Shown: positions 1 to 11,975, numbered from the stretch's first letter. The stretch is 64,000 nucleotides of DNA from Octopus bimaculoides (GCF_001194135.2 NC_068982.1:65278520-65342519); one strand, 5' to 3'. Made by a program: numbers and translations. Notes: generated from the sequence alone by a model not told the origin.

Positions 1-55
<55 letters not shown>

Positions 56-483
56 CATGTATGTTCATATACATATATATATAGCATGTCAACTATTGTT
101 GTCATCATTTAACATTTATTTTTCCATACTTGCATGGGTCAGATGGCATTTGTTGAGTCAGGTTTTCTATGGCCAGATGCTCACTTGTTGCCAAACAACA
201 TAATAATTCTCATGACCAGAGATATTTTTCACTGAAGACTGGAAATTTCATGTGATGTCAAGACAAGAGCACATACAAAGACCTATATATTATTTAATGT
301 CTCTTGTCCATGTTGGTATGGGTGTACACAAACACACACACACACAATGGGCTTCTATCACAGTTTCCTTCTATGAAATCCACTCACAAGGCACCAATTG
401 ACTTTTCTACATAGTAGAAGACACTTGCCTGACACACAATGAGCTCTTTACACAAACTCTCATCATTATTATTATTATCATTA

Positions 484-805
484 TTATCTCTGCCTTTGCT
501 AAGGCGGACATATTGTTTTCAGTCATGTTTGTTTGTTTGTCTGTGGACAAGATATCACAAGAACCACTAGATGGATTAGGATGAAACTTTCAGGGATGTT
601 TGGCCTTGTGACTGGTACAAACTGATTAGATTTTGGGATCAATCTGGTACCAGACAAGGATTTTGGATTATTTTTCCTGTTTTTTCACTTAATTTTTGAG
701 AGCAGTTGAGCTTATTTCAGATATTTTCATTTTAAAAATCATATCTGGCTAATCATTGAGATGACGTTGGTGTTGCCTTGGCAGAGGTCACTCTCTGAGT
801 GCTTG
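484..805 (+). mobile_element. Helentron-associated non-autonomous element (HINE/DINE-1-like)
   Basis: Subterminal IR CTCTGCC (488-494) / GGCAGAG (780-786). GTTT/GTCT microsatellite near the 5' end. 3' stem-loop CACTC-TCT-GAGTG (789-801). Flanked by (TTA)n on both sides. This layout matches the known DINE-1/HINE architecture. Confidence 0.6.
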
Positions 806-838
806 TTATTATTATTATTATTATCATTATTATTATTA

Positions 839-985
839 AGGCGGTGAGCAGGCAGAATCATTATCACGCCAGGCAAAATGCTTAGTGGTATTTCGTCTGT
901 CACTACATTATGAGTTCAAATTCCACCGAGTTCAACTTTGTCTTTCATCTTTTTGGGGTCGATAAATTAAGTATCAGTTGCAAAA
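839..985 (+). mobile_element. tRNA-derived SINE family C (Meta-domain-like)
   Basis: GGCGGTGAGCAGGCAGAAT head, B-box-like GAGTTCAAATTCC, then CTTTCATCTTTTTGGGGTCGATAAATTAAGTA. Homologous to copies at ~9872, 18020, 26775, 28285 and 29150. The Meta-domain label is from recall. Confidence 0.7.
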
Positions 986-1362
986 AAAATTTATCTTCTG
1001 CTACCAAGCCAGCATATTCAATTATGAGTGATAGAGAGAGAGAGAGAGAGATTAAAATGTCAACTCCAAACAGTTCTTTATCAAAACAAAATTCTTATTA
1101 GATCATTAGTTATTCATTGAAACTTAAATCAAATTATTTAAATTATCATTAAATTATTTCTTTACTCATTAAAATTCTCTTTCAAAACAGAAGTTACTCA
1201 TTGAAACTGTTTAAAAAAAGTTATTCTTTGAAACTTATCTTTAATACCAAAGTTTCCCAATCAAAATTCTCTTAAATAGAAACTCTTTTTAAAACAAGTT
1301 ATTCATTGAAACACTGAACCAGGTTTTAAAGCAGTGGTTATTCATACAAATTCTTTTTACAC

Positions 1363-2800
1363 AAACATTGTGGTTGTGTAATAAGAGGTTTGCTTCCCAA
1401 CCACATGGTTCCAGGTTCAGCCCCAGTGTGTGGTACCTTGAGCAAGTGTCTTCTATAACCTCAGGCCAACCAAAGCCTTGTGAACTGAAAGAATCCCATT
1501 GTGTGTGTATGTAAGTATACACACACACGAGGATCAGCTGAAAAGTTCATAGGCTAACCAAGATGCTCTCCTGGAATATGACCAAATGAGGTTTACTTTT
1601 CAACATACTCTCCTTGTGGTCTACATACTTCTTCCAACATTGTTACAGTGCTTGAATCCCATTAATGGAAACGCTTTTGTTTTGTTGGCCAAAAAAGGTC
1701 AACAGTAGATATGACATCATCACCGTGACACTGGTACCCACTCGAGTGTTTTTTCATGTTGGGGAACACAAGATAGTCAGATGAGGCCAAATCAGGAGAA
1801 TAAGGAGGGTGATCAACCAGTTCAAAGCCACAGTCACTTACAGCAGCCATTGAAACCAAAGATTTGCATGCTGGAGCATTGTCCTGATGAAACAAGTCCC
1901 TTTTCATCAGTTTTCCTGGGCGTTTGGGCTTGCTAGCCTTTTGTAACTGTCTCAGCAAGTTGGCATAGTACTCTCCTTTGATGAAGTGGCCCTTTTGAAG
2001 ATAGTCAATAAACACAATGCCTTTTGCTTCCTAAAGAACTGAGACCATCACCTTTCCTGCAGATGAACTAACCTTAGCCTTCTTTGGAGCAGGTGAGGAT
2101 GGGTGTTTCCACTGCATGGATTGTCTTCTTGACTCTGGCTCACAATGATGAAGCCAACACTTATCCTGACTTAAGAAACGTTCAAGAAAACTAGTTGGAT
2201 CTGCCTCGAATAATGTCAGATTTTCCTGTGATGTGATCAGCCTGGTGTACATTTGATCAGGTGTCAGAAGATGTAGCAGACACCGAGCAGACACCTTCGT
2301 CATGCCTAGTTCATTTTACAAAATATTCTCAACTTTCTCATGTGAAATGTTAATAGCATTGGCTATTTGATTTATAATCAATCCTCTGTCATCCATCACC
2401 ATATGGTAAACACAATGTTTTGCTCAGTGGTGGCAGTTGCAGGACGTCCAGATGTTGGGTCATAAAACTTCCCCTCCTAAATTCAGCTGCCCACTTTTGC
2501 TCTGTTGATAAATCTGGAGTGTCATACACTAATGTAACAACCGTGCCAGCATGAATGTCCTTGGAGGCCGTACCCTTTTTCTGCAGGTACTTGGTAAGAC
2601 CACAATGCCAAATTTTGTCCACTTTCAAGAGAAGTCACTTCTAGTTACTTTTGAAGTTTTCTTTGAACAGTCAAATGTTAGTTTACCTGAAAGAAACAAT
2701 GCAGTTATTTATAAGGAGAGATGAAATTAATGCATGCAAGATTTCACAGCTCTGACATCACTCCTTCATAGTCAACCTATGAACTTTTTAGCCCACTCTC

Positions 2801-2875
<75 letters not shown>

Positions 2876-3065
2876 CGCGCGTGTGTCTGCCCTCTACCAT
2901 CACTTGACCACTGGTGTTGGTGTGTTTATGTTCTGTAACTTAATGGTTTGACAAAAGATATCAATAGAATAAGTGCTGGCATTGATTCATTTGACTAAAA
3001 TTCTTCAAAGTGGTGCCCCAGCATGGCTGCAATCCAATGACTGAAACAAGTAAATGATAAAAGAT
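1363..3065 (+). mobile_element. CORE-type SINE (family B) split by mariner insertion
   Basis: 5' half 1363-1527 (tRNA-like head, ACCTTGAGCAAGTGTCTTCT CORE-like motif) and 3' half 2802-3065 (CCCCAGCATGGCTGC...GACTGAAACAAGTAAA tail) flank the mariner. Confidence 0.75.
1528..2801 (-). mobile_element. Full-length decayed mariner (Tc1/mariner, DD34D-type) transposon, ~1.27 kb
   Basis: Imperfect TIRs: CGAGGATCAGCTGAAAAGTTCATAGGCTAAC vs reverse complement TGAGAGTGGGCTAAAAAGTTCATAGGTTGAC, with TA at the right end. Frameshifted ORFs 2389-2628, 2031-2303 and 1662-2015 carry mariner motifs (SARC-LL for WVPRLL, HQDNAPACKS, HPPYSPDLASSDY). Confidence 0.95.
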
Positions 3066-3675
3066 TACTCATTGAAAATCTTGTGAAAACAAACTCATTC
3101 TCTCTTTAAATAAACATTATGTAAACCCATTTTAAACAAATATTACACACTCAAATTCTTCAAACAAATGTTACTCATTCAAGGTTTTATCATATATTTC
3201 ATTGACACTCTTCTGTAAATTTATCTGTAAAATCACTCACTATCTTCCTCACAATATTTAATTCTTCTTTTCCCCTTCAGTTCTTTCTTCTTTTCCTACA
3301 TTCTCTATTGGCTCAGTTTGCTTGGCCTCCAGCTGACCTTGAATGGCAGTTTGATTGTGTGTCATATTTTGATTTGAAATAAAGATCAGCTGTTCATTTA
3401 ATTAAAACTCTGTTAAACAATAGTTCGTTTATGAGGTCACACATAGTAGAGAGGCATATATTCAAAAGTGCCATTAATATTCTTCTGACATGCTTTTTAT
3501 CTATTTCTTCACATTTCCCATACCATTTATGAACAAAATATTATAGACCTATCATTTAAACATAAAATATTTGTTTATAAAACAATGTTTAAATTTCCTT
3601 TATTATAAATGTGTTAAAAATCCATTAAAATGTTATGGAGAAAATGATTACATCCTCTGTTTGTGTATGTATATG

Positions 3676-3712
<37 letters not shown>

Positions 3713-4663
3713 ATAAGCACACACACACACATACATATATAAAGTGTAAATAAGCGTGTGTATGTGTGTATATGTATATATACACACACAGTGTTTATAA
3801 ACATACATACCTACATGTATACATATATAATGTATGTATGTATATACACATATACGTATATGTGTGCATATATGTGTGTATATATAGATATAATGCATGT
3901 ATATATATACACTCACACACACACACACATATATAACGCAAGTACATATATTATGTGTGTGTGCGCGTGTGCGTGCATGTGTGTGTTGATTCCTAAGTTT
4001 ATTACACATTTTCACAGTTCCAGAAGGATATCATTATCATTGTTCTGTCCTCCATATTTTCCTCTTAATCATTCTTTATCACACTACCTCTTAAAAGAAA
4101 TAATAATACTAAAAAAAAACAACATATGAGAACAGTTGGGTTAATTTGTTTGACTAAACCGAGCATAGCTGCTGTCCAGTGGCTGAAAAAAACAAGTGAA
4201 AGAGAGAAACAACAGAGATTTTACTTTAAGAGAACTAGAAATTAACCTGGTGGTATGTTTGTGTGTGAGAGTTAGCTGATGTATGTGTACATCTCTTTTA
4301 TCTTTTACTTGTTTCAGTCATTAGACTGTGGCCATACTGGGGCACCGCCCTGCAGAATTTTTAATCAAATGAATCAACCCCTGTACTTATTTTCGTTTTT
4401 ATTTAAGCCTGGCACTTACTTTATCAGTCATTTTTGCTGAACCACTAAGTTACAGGGACATAAACGCACCAATACCTGTTGTCAAGCGGTGGTTGGGGAC
4501 AAACATAAACACACACACACACATCTGCTTCCCAACCACATGGTTCCAGGTTCAGTGCCACTGCATGGCACCTTTGGTAAATGTCTTCTACTATAGCCTC
4601 AGGCCAACGGAAGCCTTGTGAGTGGATTTGACAGATGGAAACTGAAAGAAGCCCTTTTGTGTA

Positions 4664-4698
<35 letters not shown>

Positions 4699-4699
4699 T

Positions 4700-4902
4700 T
4701 ACTCTTTTACTCTTTTACTTGTTTCAGTCATTTGACTGCGGCCATGCTGGAGCACCGCCTTTAGTTGAGCAAATCGACCCCAGGACTTATTCTTTGTAAG
4801 CCTAGTACTTATTCTATCAGTCTCTTTTGCCAAACTGCTAAGTGACGGGGACATAAACACACCAGCATCATTTGTCAAGCAATGCTAGGGGGACAAACAC
4901 AG

Positions 4903-4951
<49 letters not shown>

Positions 4952-5257
4952 NNNNNNNNNNNNNNNNNNNNNNNNNNNNNNNNNNNNNNNNNNNNNNNNN
5001 NNNNNNNNNNNNNNNNNNNNNNNNNNNNNNNNNNNNNNNNNNNNNNNNNNNNNNNNNNNNNNNNNNNNNNNNNNNNNNNNNNNNNNNNNNNNNNNNNNNN
5101 NNNNNNNNNNNNNNNNNNNNNNNNNNNNNNNNNNNNNNNNNNNNNNNNNNNNNNNNNNNNNNNNNNNNNNNNNNNNNNNNNNNNNNNNNNNNNNNNNNNN
5201 NNNNNNNNNNNNNNNNNNNNNNNNNNNNNNNNNNNNNNNNNNNNNNNNNNNNNNNNN

Positions 5258-5295
<38 letters not shown>

Positions 5296-5860
5296 AAATT
5301 CAAGGATCGAGGTGTAGGAAGAAAGTTAGCTTCAAGCAAACCGTAGTAAATACAAAAAACAACTTTCAAGAACAATAGTAGTTTGAAATGGAAGGTTGTG
5401 GATTTTTTTCTTTTTGTAGTACAATAAATTGAAAATAGTTCTTTTTATATTTCATGGTAGGCAACCAGGGTTGCCAGGTGTGTGAATAAGAATACAGGAG
5501 TTAAGGAATGGAATAGATAAGATCTGGACTACATGTGTTTCATAGCGAGCGGAACCTCGAAAGTGGTAAATATCCGAGCAAGGTGTATACCGTAGGCTAC
5601 TCTTCAGGCCAAGAATATCTTGATTAAATAAAAGTTTACATTGTTGCAATGAGGTACATGTTAACACATGGAAGATTCAATCAGAATATTACCACGTACC
5701 TCCTTGTGACAATGTAAACTTTCATTTATTCAAGATATTCTTGGCTTGAAGAGTAATCTGTGGTATATACCTCGCTTGGATATTTACCATTTCCGAGGTT
5801 CCACTCACTGCGAAACATATGTAGCCCAGATCTTATTTTCTCCATTCCTTTACTCCTGTG

Positions 5861-5912
<52 letters not shown>

Positions 5913-6075
5913 CCTATGTGCCTACACACACCCATGTACACAACAGACTTCTTTCAGTTCCTATTTGTCTACCAAATCCACTCATAAGGCTTTGATCAGC
6001 CTGGGGCTATAGTTGAAGACACTTGTCCAAGGTGCCTCATAGTGGGACTTAACCCACGATCATGTGGTAGGGAAT
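4700..6075 (-). mobile_element. CORE-type SINE (family B) halves separated by gap and fold-back element
   Basis: 3' half at 4700-4920 and 5' half at ~5935-6075, both minus strand and both abutting (TA)n. An N-gap (4952-5257) lies between, so a single-copy origin is unproven. Confidence 0.5.
5495..5858. mobile_element. Fold-back element / MITE, 163-bp arms, 38-bp spacer
   Basis: Ungapped manual alignment of 5495-5657 with the reverse complement of 5696-5858 gives ~25 mismatches in 163. Termini CAGGAG...CTCCTG; TA precedes the left end. Confidence 0.85.
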
Positions 6076-6253
6076 AATAAACATAAGAATCAAATGTGAG
6101 CTACAATGAGTTTCATGCTCAGATAGTAGTTATCAGCTGGGTTTGTACAGCATGCAGTGTACTATACTGCAATTGTTCAGGCTCAAAAGTAGGTGAGCCC
6201 TGATCAGATGTCCCAAATTTGTGTATCCATAACTATATTGTCAAAGATGTGAA

Positions 6254-6590
6254 GGCACATGCTCAGTGGTTAGAGCGTCAGGCTCACAATCATGAAGTAG
6301 TGAGTTCAATTCCTGGGTTAGGTTGTGTGTTGTGTTCTTGAGCAAGACATTTTATTTCACATTGCTCCAGTTCACTCAGTTTTAGAAATGAATTGCAACA
6401 TCACTGGTGCCAAGCTCTATTGGCTTTTGCCTTTCACTGGGATAACATCAGTGGTGTGGAGAGGGGAGGCTGTTATGCATGGGTGACTGCTGGTCTTCCA
6501 TAAACAACCTTGCCCGGACTTGTGCCTCAGAGGAGAGCTTTCTAGATGCAATCCCATGGCCATTCATGACCAAAGGGGGTCTTTATCCTT
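6254..6590 (+). mobile_element. tRNA-derived SINE family D (older)
   Basis: A-box-like GCTCAGTGG and B-box-like GAGTTCAATTCC. Colinear with the copy at 37588-37883. Confidence 0.75.
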
Positions 6591-7667
6591 ATCCTATTGT
6601 CAAATGTATCCTTCGCATCGTAAGGCAGAAGGGTATGGTTAGAAAGTGACTTGACTGCTATTTCTAGCAGCTAAGCTATTGCATATCGACTCTCTAGTTG
6701 GCTCATCTAAAATGGAACCTGGTTGACAGATGGATGAACAAAGAAACTAGTAGACATTACATTTAAGGATGTAGTTGAAGTAGATGTAAAAATATTGAGC
6801 CAGAAGTTGAAAATGTAAAGCAGAAGACAGACAGATAGATGGATGGAGAAACAGGTAGTGAATATGAAAGAATATAGTTAAGATTGAGAGAAAGATAAAT
6901 AGGCTATTAGTACATCAAATTATTAGCTTGAAGCTATAGGAAAGACATAGTCAGCAAGTGGAAACATAAAATGAAGGATGGAGAACTGACAGGATAGACT
7001 GCCAACCAGCATGTGAAAGTGCAAGATGAGGTGAGCTAGGGCAGGGGGATGGCGTAGTAATCTTTTCAGTTTTAGGATAAGTATATTAAATAATCTTCCT
7101 GAAATTCCATAAAGTAAGCACTAAAAACAACATCTACTTGTGTTTCCAACTGGAAGATTCCACAGATTGTGTGTGCATTGAACAGTAATTCACTCTGACA
7201 AGTGCCTTTGTTCCGAAAGCTTTTCTCCCTTTGTCTAATGGTTAATTTTAACTTCACGGATAACATTTTCCATCCTGTTAATGGTATATAACTTCACTGT
7301 TGTTGAATGGAAAATCTCTCATTTAGGAAAATGCTATGGTTTAATTTTTAATACCAGAGCCTAAAACTTTACTGAAAGAAAGACAGAAAATGGAAGAAGA
7401 AAGAAAGAACCTAACCAATACTTCAGCTTTAATAATATATTCATCATATTTCGGCATAATTGATCAGCCACCCACTTCCTTCATCCCCTCTATATCCATT
7501 GAATAACATTCTTTATCACAACTAAAATAACAATCAAACAATAAATAAATGTGCAACACCCCATCTCTTCCCTCTGAAAACTCATAAAAAAACATAAAAG
7601 AAAATATCAACAAAAGCAACAAACAGCCACAAAAACATTTCTTTCTCTCGGCCTCTCTCTCTCTCTC

Positions 7668-7700
<33 letters not shown>

Positions 7701-7702
7701 GC

Positions 7703-7744
<42 letters not shown>

Positions 7745-8019
7745 GGTGTATATAGATAGATATAAAATATCTTCTTTTTTAAAGTTTCTATCAATAGATC
7801 AGGTTTGAGAAATATTAAGTAAGAATGGTCTTATAGTAGACAAACCAACCATTCTACAAGTAGAGAATCAACATATTGTAAGCAGTAATTTGTTTAAGTA
7901 ACTATTTTCACACTTCTCTGGATAGTAAAGTTGTTGCATTTTGTACATTGTGTGTGTGTGTGCATGTGCGCGTGCTTCTATTTTTTATTTCATTATTTCT
8001 GTTTCATTCTTTTTTTGAG

Positions 8020-8101
8020 GTGAATTTTGAAAGGGTCTACTACTCCCCGACTTCTGAAATTGTTGATCCTGATGGTGTTGATATTTTGGGGGGAAGATAA
8101 A
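8020..8101 (+). CDS. Candidate exon (VNFERVYYSPTSEIVDPDGVDILGGR*)
   Basis: Long pyrimidine tract + TTTGAG acceptor and AAA|GTAAGT donor. Only frame 0 is open, and it stops just before the donor. No homology recognised. Confidence 0.25.
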
Positions 8102-8578
8102 GTAAGTGTATAACATTTCCCTGCATATACTGTAGGTGTTGTTGAGATATGGCAGGAGATGAGTAGTGTGGAGGTTTCAGAAAACAGAGCTGATGGTGTG
8201 GTTGTGGGGCATGATTGTTAAGCCTGACTGGACTATTCTGGAGACAGCAGTGGTGGCAGTGATGCTATGTTGAGATGAGATTTAAATAAATATGAGGAAT
8301 GATAGTAAACAGGAAATGATGGCTATGTGATTAATATTTGAACCTGAAAACTGGCAGTCAAGTCATCTAGTACTGCATATTACCATAGATATATACATAT
8401 ATTTATTTCAAGAAAAACTTAGTTCTGATGCTTAAGGGCTTTCTGCTTATCTTTTACTAAATATGTTTTATCAAACAGAATGAAGCTAAGCTAAGGTAAC
8501 TTCCTTTACAACAACCAGTCTTCCAGTCTTCCTCTTTATGAGGCTGGTTCCAGTATTCTTTAACTTAATAATTCCACT

Positions 8579-8622
<44 letters not shown>

Positions 8623-8765
8623 CTGTATGTATGTATATGTAATAATTTTAAATTTGGGTATACACCTGGTAGTATGCTGTTTAAAGCCCGTTCACTGTAT
8701 TTGGCTACCTGATGTCATCAACAGTGTGGATATAAGTGCCAGTGGATTTACTTCAGAAATTCCTT

Positions 8766-9143
8766 CATTTATATAACATATGAGAGAAAAAGAAAATGGC
8801 ATTCACGAGGTTCTTTGTTAATCATTATGATTGTTTCAACTCTTTGCGTATCGTTCCCTCACAGATGAGATGCTGAACAAATAGCTGTGCAGATGTGCCT
8901 TGTCACAGGTGACTTGTCAAAAGGTACCAAAATGTATTCTAATCAAAATAAGCACAATGGAGATGAAAGAATGAAGTACCTTTAGATAAGTCACCTGATG
9001 AGGTATATCTGCCCTAAATGATGCACCTATTTGTGCAGAACCTTACTTGTGAGGGACTGATACAAGATGGGTAAAAACGATTGTAGTGATTAATAAAGAA
9101 TCGTGTGAATTCCATTTTCTCTTTCTTTCATTATATATAAATG
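8766..9143. mobile_element. Older fold-back element, ~165-bp diverged arms, ~48-bp spacer
   Basis: 8766-8927 pairs with 8976-9143 (e.g. CAGGTGACTTGTCAAAAGGTAC / GTACCTTTAGATAAGTCACCTG). Related sequence at ~22245-22400 and ~63478-63560. Confidence 0.75.
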
Positions 9144-9409
9144 TACGTATATATATNNNNNNNNNNNNNNNNNNNNNNNNNNNNNNNNNNNNNNNNNNNN
9201 NNNNNNNNNNNNNNNNNNNNNNNNNNNNNNNNNNNNNNNNNNNNNNNNNNNNNNNNNNNNNNNNNNNNNNNNNNNNNNNNNNNNNNNNNNNNNNNNNNNN
9301 NNNNNNNNNNNNNNNNNNNNNNNNNNNNNNNNNNNNNNNNNNNNNNNNNNNNNNNNNNNTATATAATGAATATAGACAGCTGTCTACAATGTGTATATGT
9401 GTATGTGTG

Positions 9410-9500
9410 TTTTAATGACCACTTTTTCATACTTGCATCGGCCAGATGAAAATTTAGTGAGGCAGGTTTCTTTATGGCTTGGTGCTCTTTCTGTCACATG

Positions 9501-9531
<31 letters not shown>

Positions 9532-11000
9532 CTTCCTACATCTCCCTCTTTACAGGTTCCACCTATTTTGTGTACTTGGCACTTCTTTATGCAACTGTCA
9601 TGCTCTATATGCATCATGTGCCCAAACTAGTGTAGCCTTCTGTTCCACTATATCTGACACCTCTTTTATCCAGTTTTTCTCACAATTCATTTGTGCTCTG
9701 TCATCATTCATGCATGCAAACATTATGCTTCTTGCAGACATGCTCAATTCATTTCTTTATAGTGTTTGGAAATCGTCTGCATTCGAGGTCCAGTTTCACA
9801 ACTGTGCAGCATTTCACTTAATATGCAAACATATAATTTGTTTTCAAATTTTGGCACAAAGCCAGCAACTTTAGGGGAAGGGCAGGCCGATTGCATTGAC
9901 TCCAGTATTCAACTGGTACTTATTTTATTGACCCTGAAAGGATAAGAGGCAAGTCAACCTCGGCGGAATTTGAACTCAGAATATAAAGACAGATGAAATA
10001 CCACTAAGCGTTTTGCCCAACTTGTTGCCCTAATAAATCTGCCAGCTTGCTACCCTACACAACCATATAATTGACAAGCATTTAATATGCAAAGAGAAAC
10101 CTTCGCCACCTACAGAAGTAATAAGTCCCTGAACTTTTTCCACCCTGGCTATCATGCTTTTGGAATACTCTCCTCCACTGCTAATTAGGTCACCTAAACA
10201 ACAAAAGCTTTCAACTACTTCTGAGAGTCTTCTGAGCATTTGAGGGAATTTATTCACGTATGTTTCAACTACTAACTAATCTTGTGCATCTACCACTTAT
10301 AAAATCAACCTTCACTGTCAGTCTGCATGTAATCCCAATACACTTCCCATGCAGCCATAGTTTATACTGGGTACATTTATATGGGATTTCTATCTCACTT
10401 CTTTTCAGCATACAGAACACAATCATTTCCCTGATGACTTATTTCCCTCTTATTAAAAGTTTAATGTTTGCTAAGTTTATTTTGAGGCCTTTTAATTGTG
10501 GGCTTTGCTTCCATGTCTGAAATTTCTTCTCCAAATATTCTGTAAACTCAGTTATAAGAACTAGGTCATCAGCATACAAGAATTCTCATGAACAACTCCT
10601 CTGTTATAACCTGGAAGAGTATAATAAACAAGAGGCAGCTGAGAATTGAACCCTAATGGACCCTATTTGCATGCTAAATACATCATTGATCTCACTGTCA
10701 CTGTACTTCTGTAGATGGCTTATATGGCCTCACAAACCATTCATCTACTCCTAGATTCCTTGTCTACCAGGCTACAAAGGAATGAACTTTGTCAAAGGAA
10801 ATCTGCAGGTCAATGGCTGTTAAGGATCAGGATTTACTCTTACCCATGTACTTGTGCAGTTGCATCTCTGGGAAGATGGCCTTGTTATTATATCTTCCTG
10901 ATACAAAGCTGAATCACATTGTATCCAGACTAATTGTGATATAACTCTTTCTGTAACATGGGTCATCAGTTTGATGCTTCTGTAGTTGTTTTCTTCTAGT
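9410..11000 (-). mobile_element. Decayed RTE-clade LINE, RT domain through 3' tail
   Basis: TAT GCT GAT GAC (YADD) at 10576-10565, preceded by a GSILSCLLF-like motif. EVVESFCCLGDLISSGG (ORF 10030-10257). C-terminal GHMMHIEHDSCIKKC (ORF 9384-9617). Tail at 9410-9490. Interrupted by a SINE at ~9872-10025. Confidence 0.9.
9872..10025 (-). mobile_element. SINE family C copy nested in RTE
   Basis: Reverse complement of the family C body (CCCTGAAAGGATAAGAGGCAAGTCAACCTCGGCGGAATTTGAACTC). Confidence 0.75.
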
Positions 11001-11844
11001 GCACCTTCTTTGGCCTTGTAGGTTGGTCAACACATACAGGATCCATGGCTTTTACAGAGTCGCAGTAAAGTTGGTGAAAACAATGCTCAGTTTGAACATC
11101 TGCAAGTTGACATGTGCAGGAAAAACATGAGTAGTGAGGGAATTTCATTAGATTGACATAAGGAACATAAGGAAGGTTTGGCTGTAATAGTTCATGGGGG
11201 TCATAGTAGGAGTGGCAAGAAGGGGAGAGATAAGTGTATTGAGTAGAGGTGGTATGCAACTAGCTGTTTCCCAGAAGCCAGTGTCATAGTAGCTGTACAG
11301 TAGACAGCATTTATACACACATGTATGTTTGTATGTATATCTATCTACATATACATACATACTTTGTGTGTGTGAAAATACATATGTGTGTGTGTGTATA
11401 TGTTCTGCCTATTCTATACTGCTATGATATATGTATATATGCATGTATATGTTTATCTATCTACATATACTTGTACATACTTGTGTGTGCGCGTGTGTGT
11501 AGCTCTTTAATGGATACTTTTGAAATCTTAGAGAAGAAAAGAAATATGTATATTTTTTTTCATGGAATATTCCATGGTTCTAACATATGGCTTAGAATCC
11601 TAGCTTTTCATTCTTTTCCCTTTTTCCTTTATCAGTATGTATGTCTACCACTCTCTCTCTCTCTCTCTTCCTCTATCTCCTCCCACCACCTCTCTCTCTT
11701 GATGGAAAAGCCAGTCCCTTACTTATCTTGTATTTTGATCTGGTTTGGTTGCAATTTAGAAATTTGTCCTAGATTTTACAAGATATTATATATTAGGAAT
11801 ATTTTAGTTGAAAAAAAGATATTTCTTGCTCAATCAGCAAAATG

Positions 11845-11975
11845 GCTTACTACTACTACTACTACTGCTACTACCACCACAACCACTACTACCACCAACA
11901 CCACTACCATCACAACCACTATTACCAGCACTATCACAACCACTATTACCACCACCAGCACAACCAACATCATTC

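Noticed and set aside
3571-4129. ORFs rich in YI/HT/CV (also 15696, 20075, 37060-39841, 52953-53262, 57116-57547)
   Set aside because: Translations of (TA)n, (CA)n and (CTAT)n microsatellites, which lack stops in some frames.
4872-5378. Long ORFs containing X runs (also 9086-9449, 50339, 61242-62180)
   Set aside because: Open only because of N-gaps; just the RTE peptide before 61487 is meaningful.
8865-8923. Apparent exon (TCCCTCACAG acceptor, CAG|GTGACT donor)
   Set aside because: Stops in all frames, and it lies inside the arm of a repeated fold-back element.
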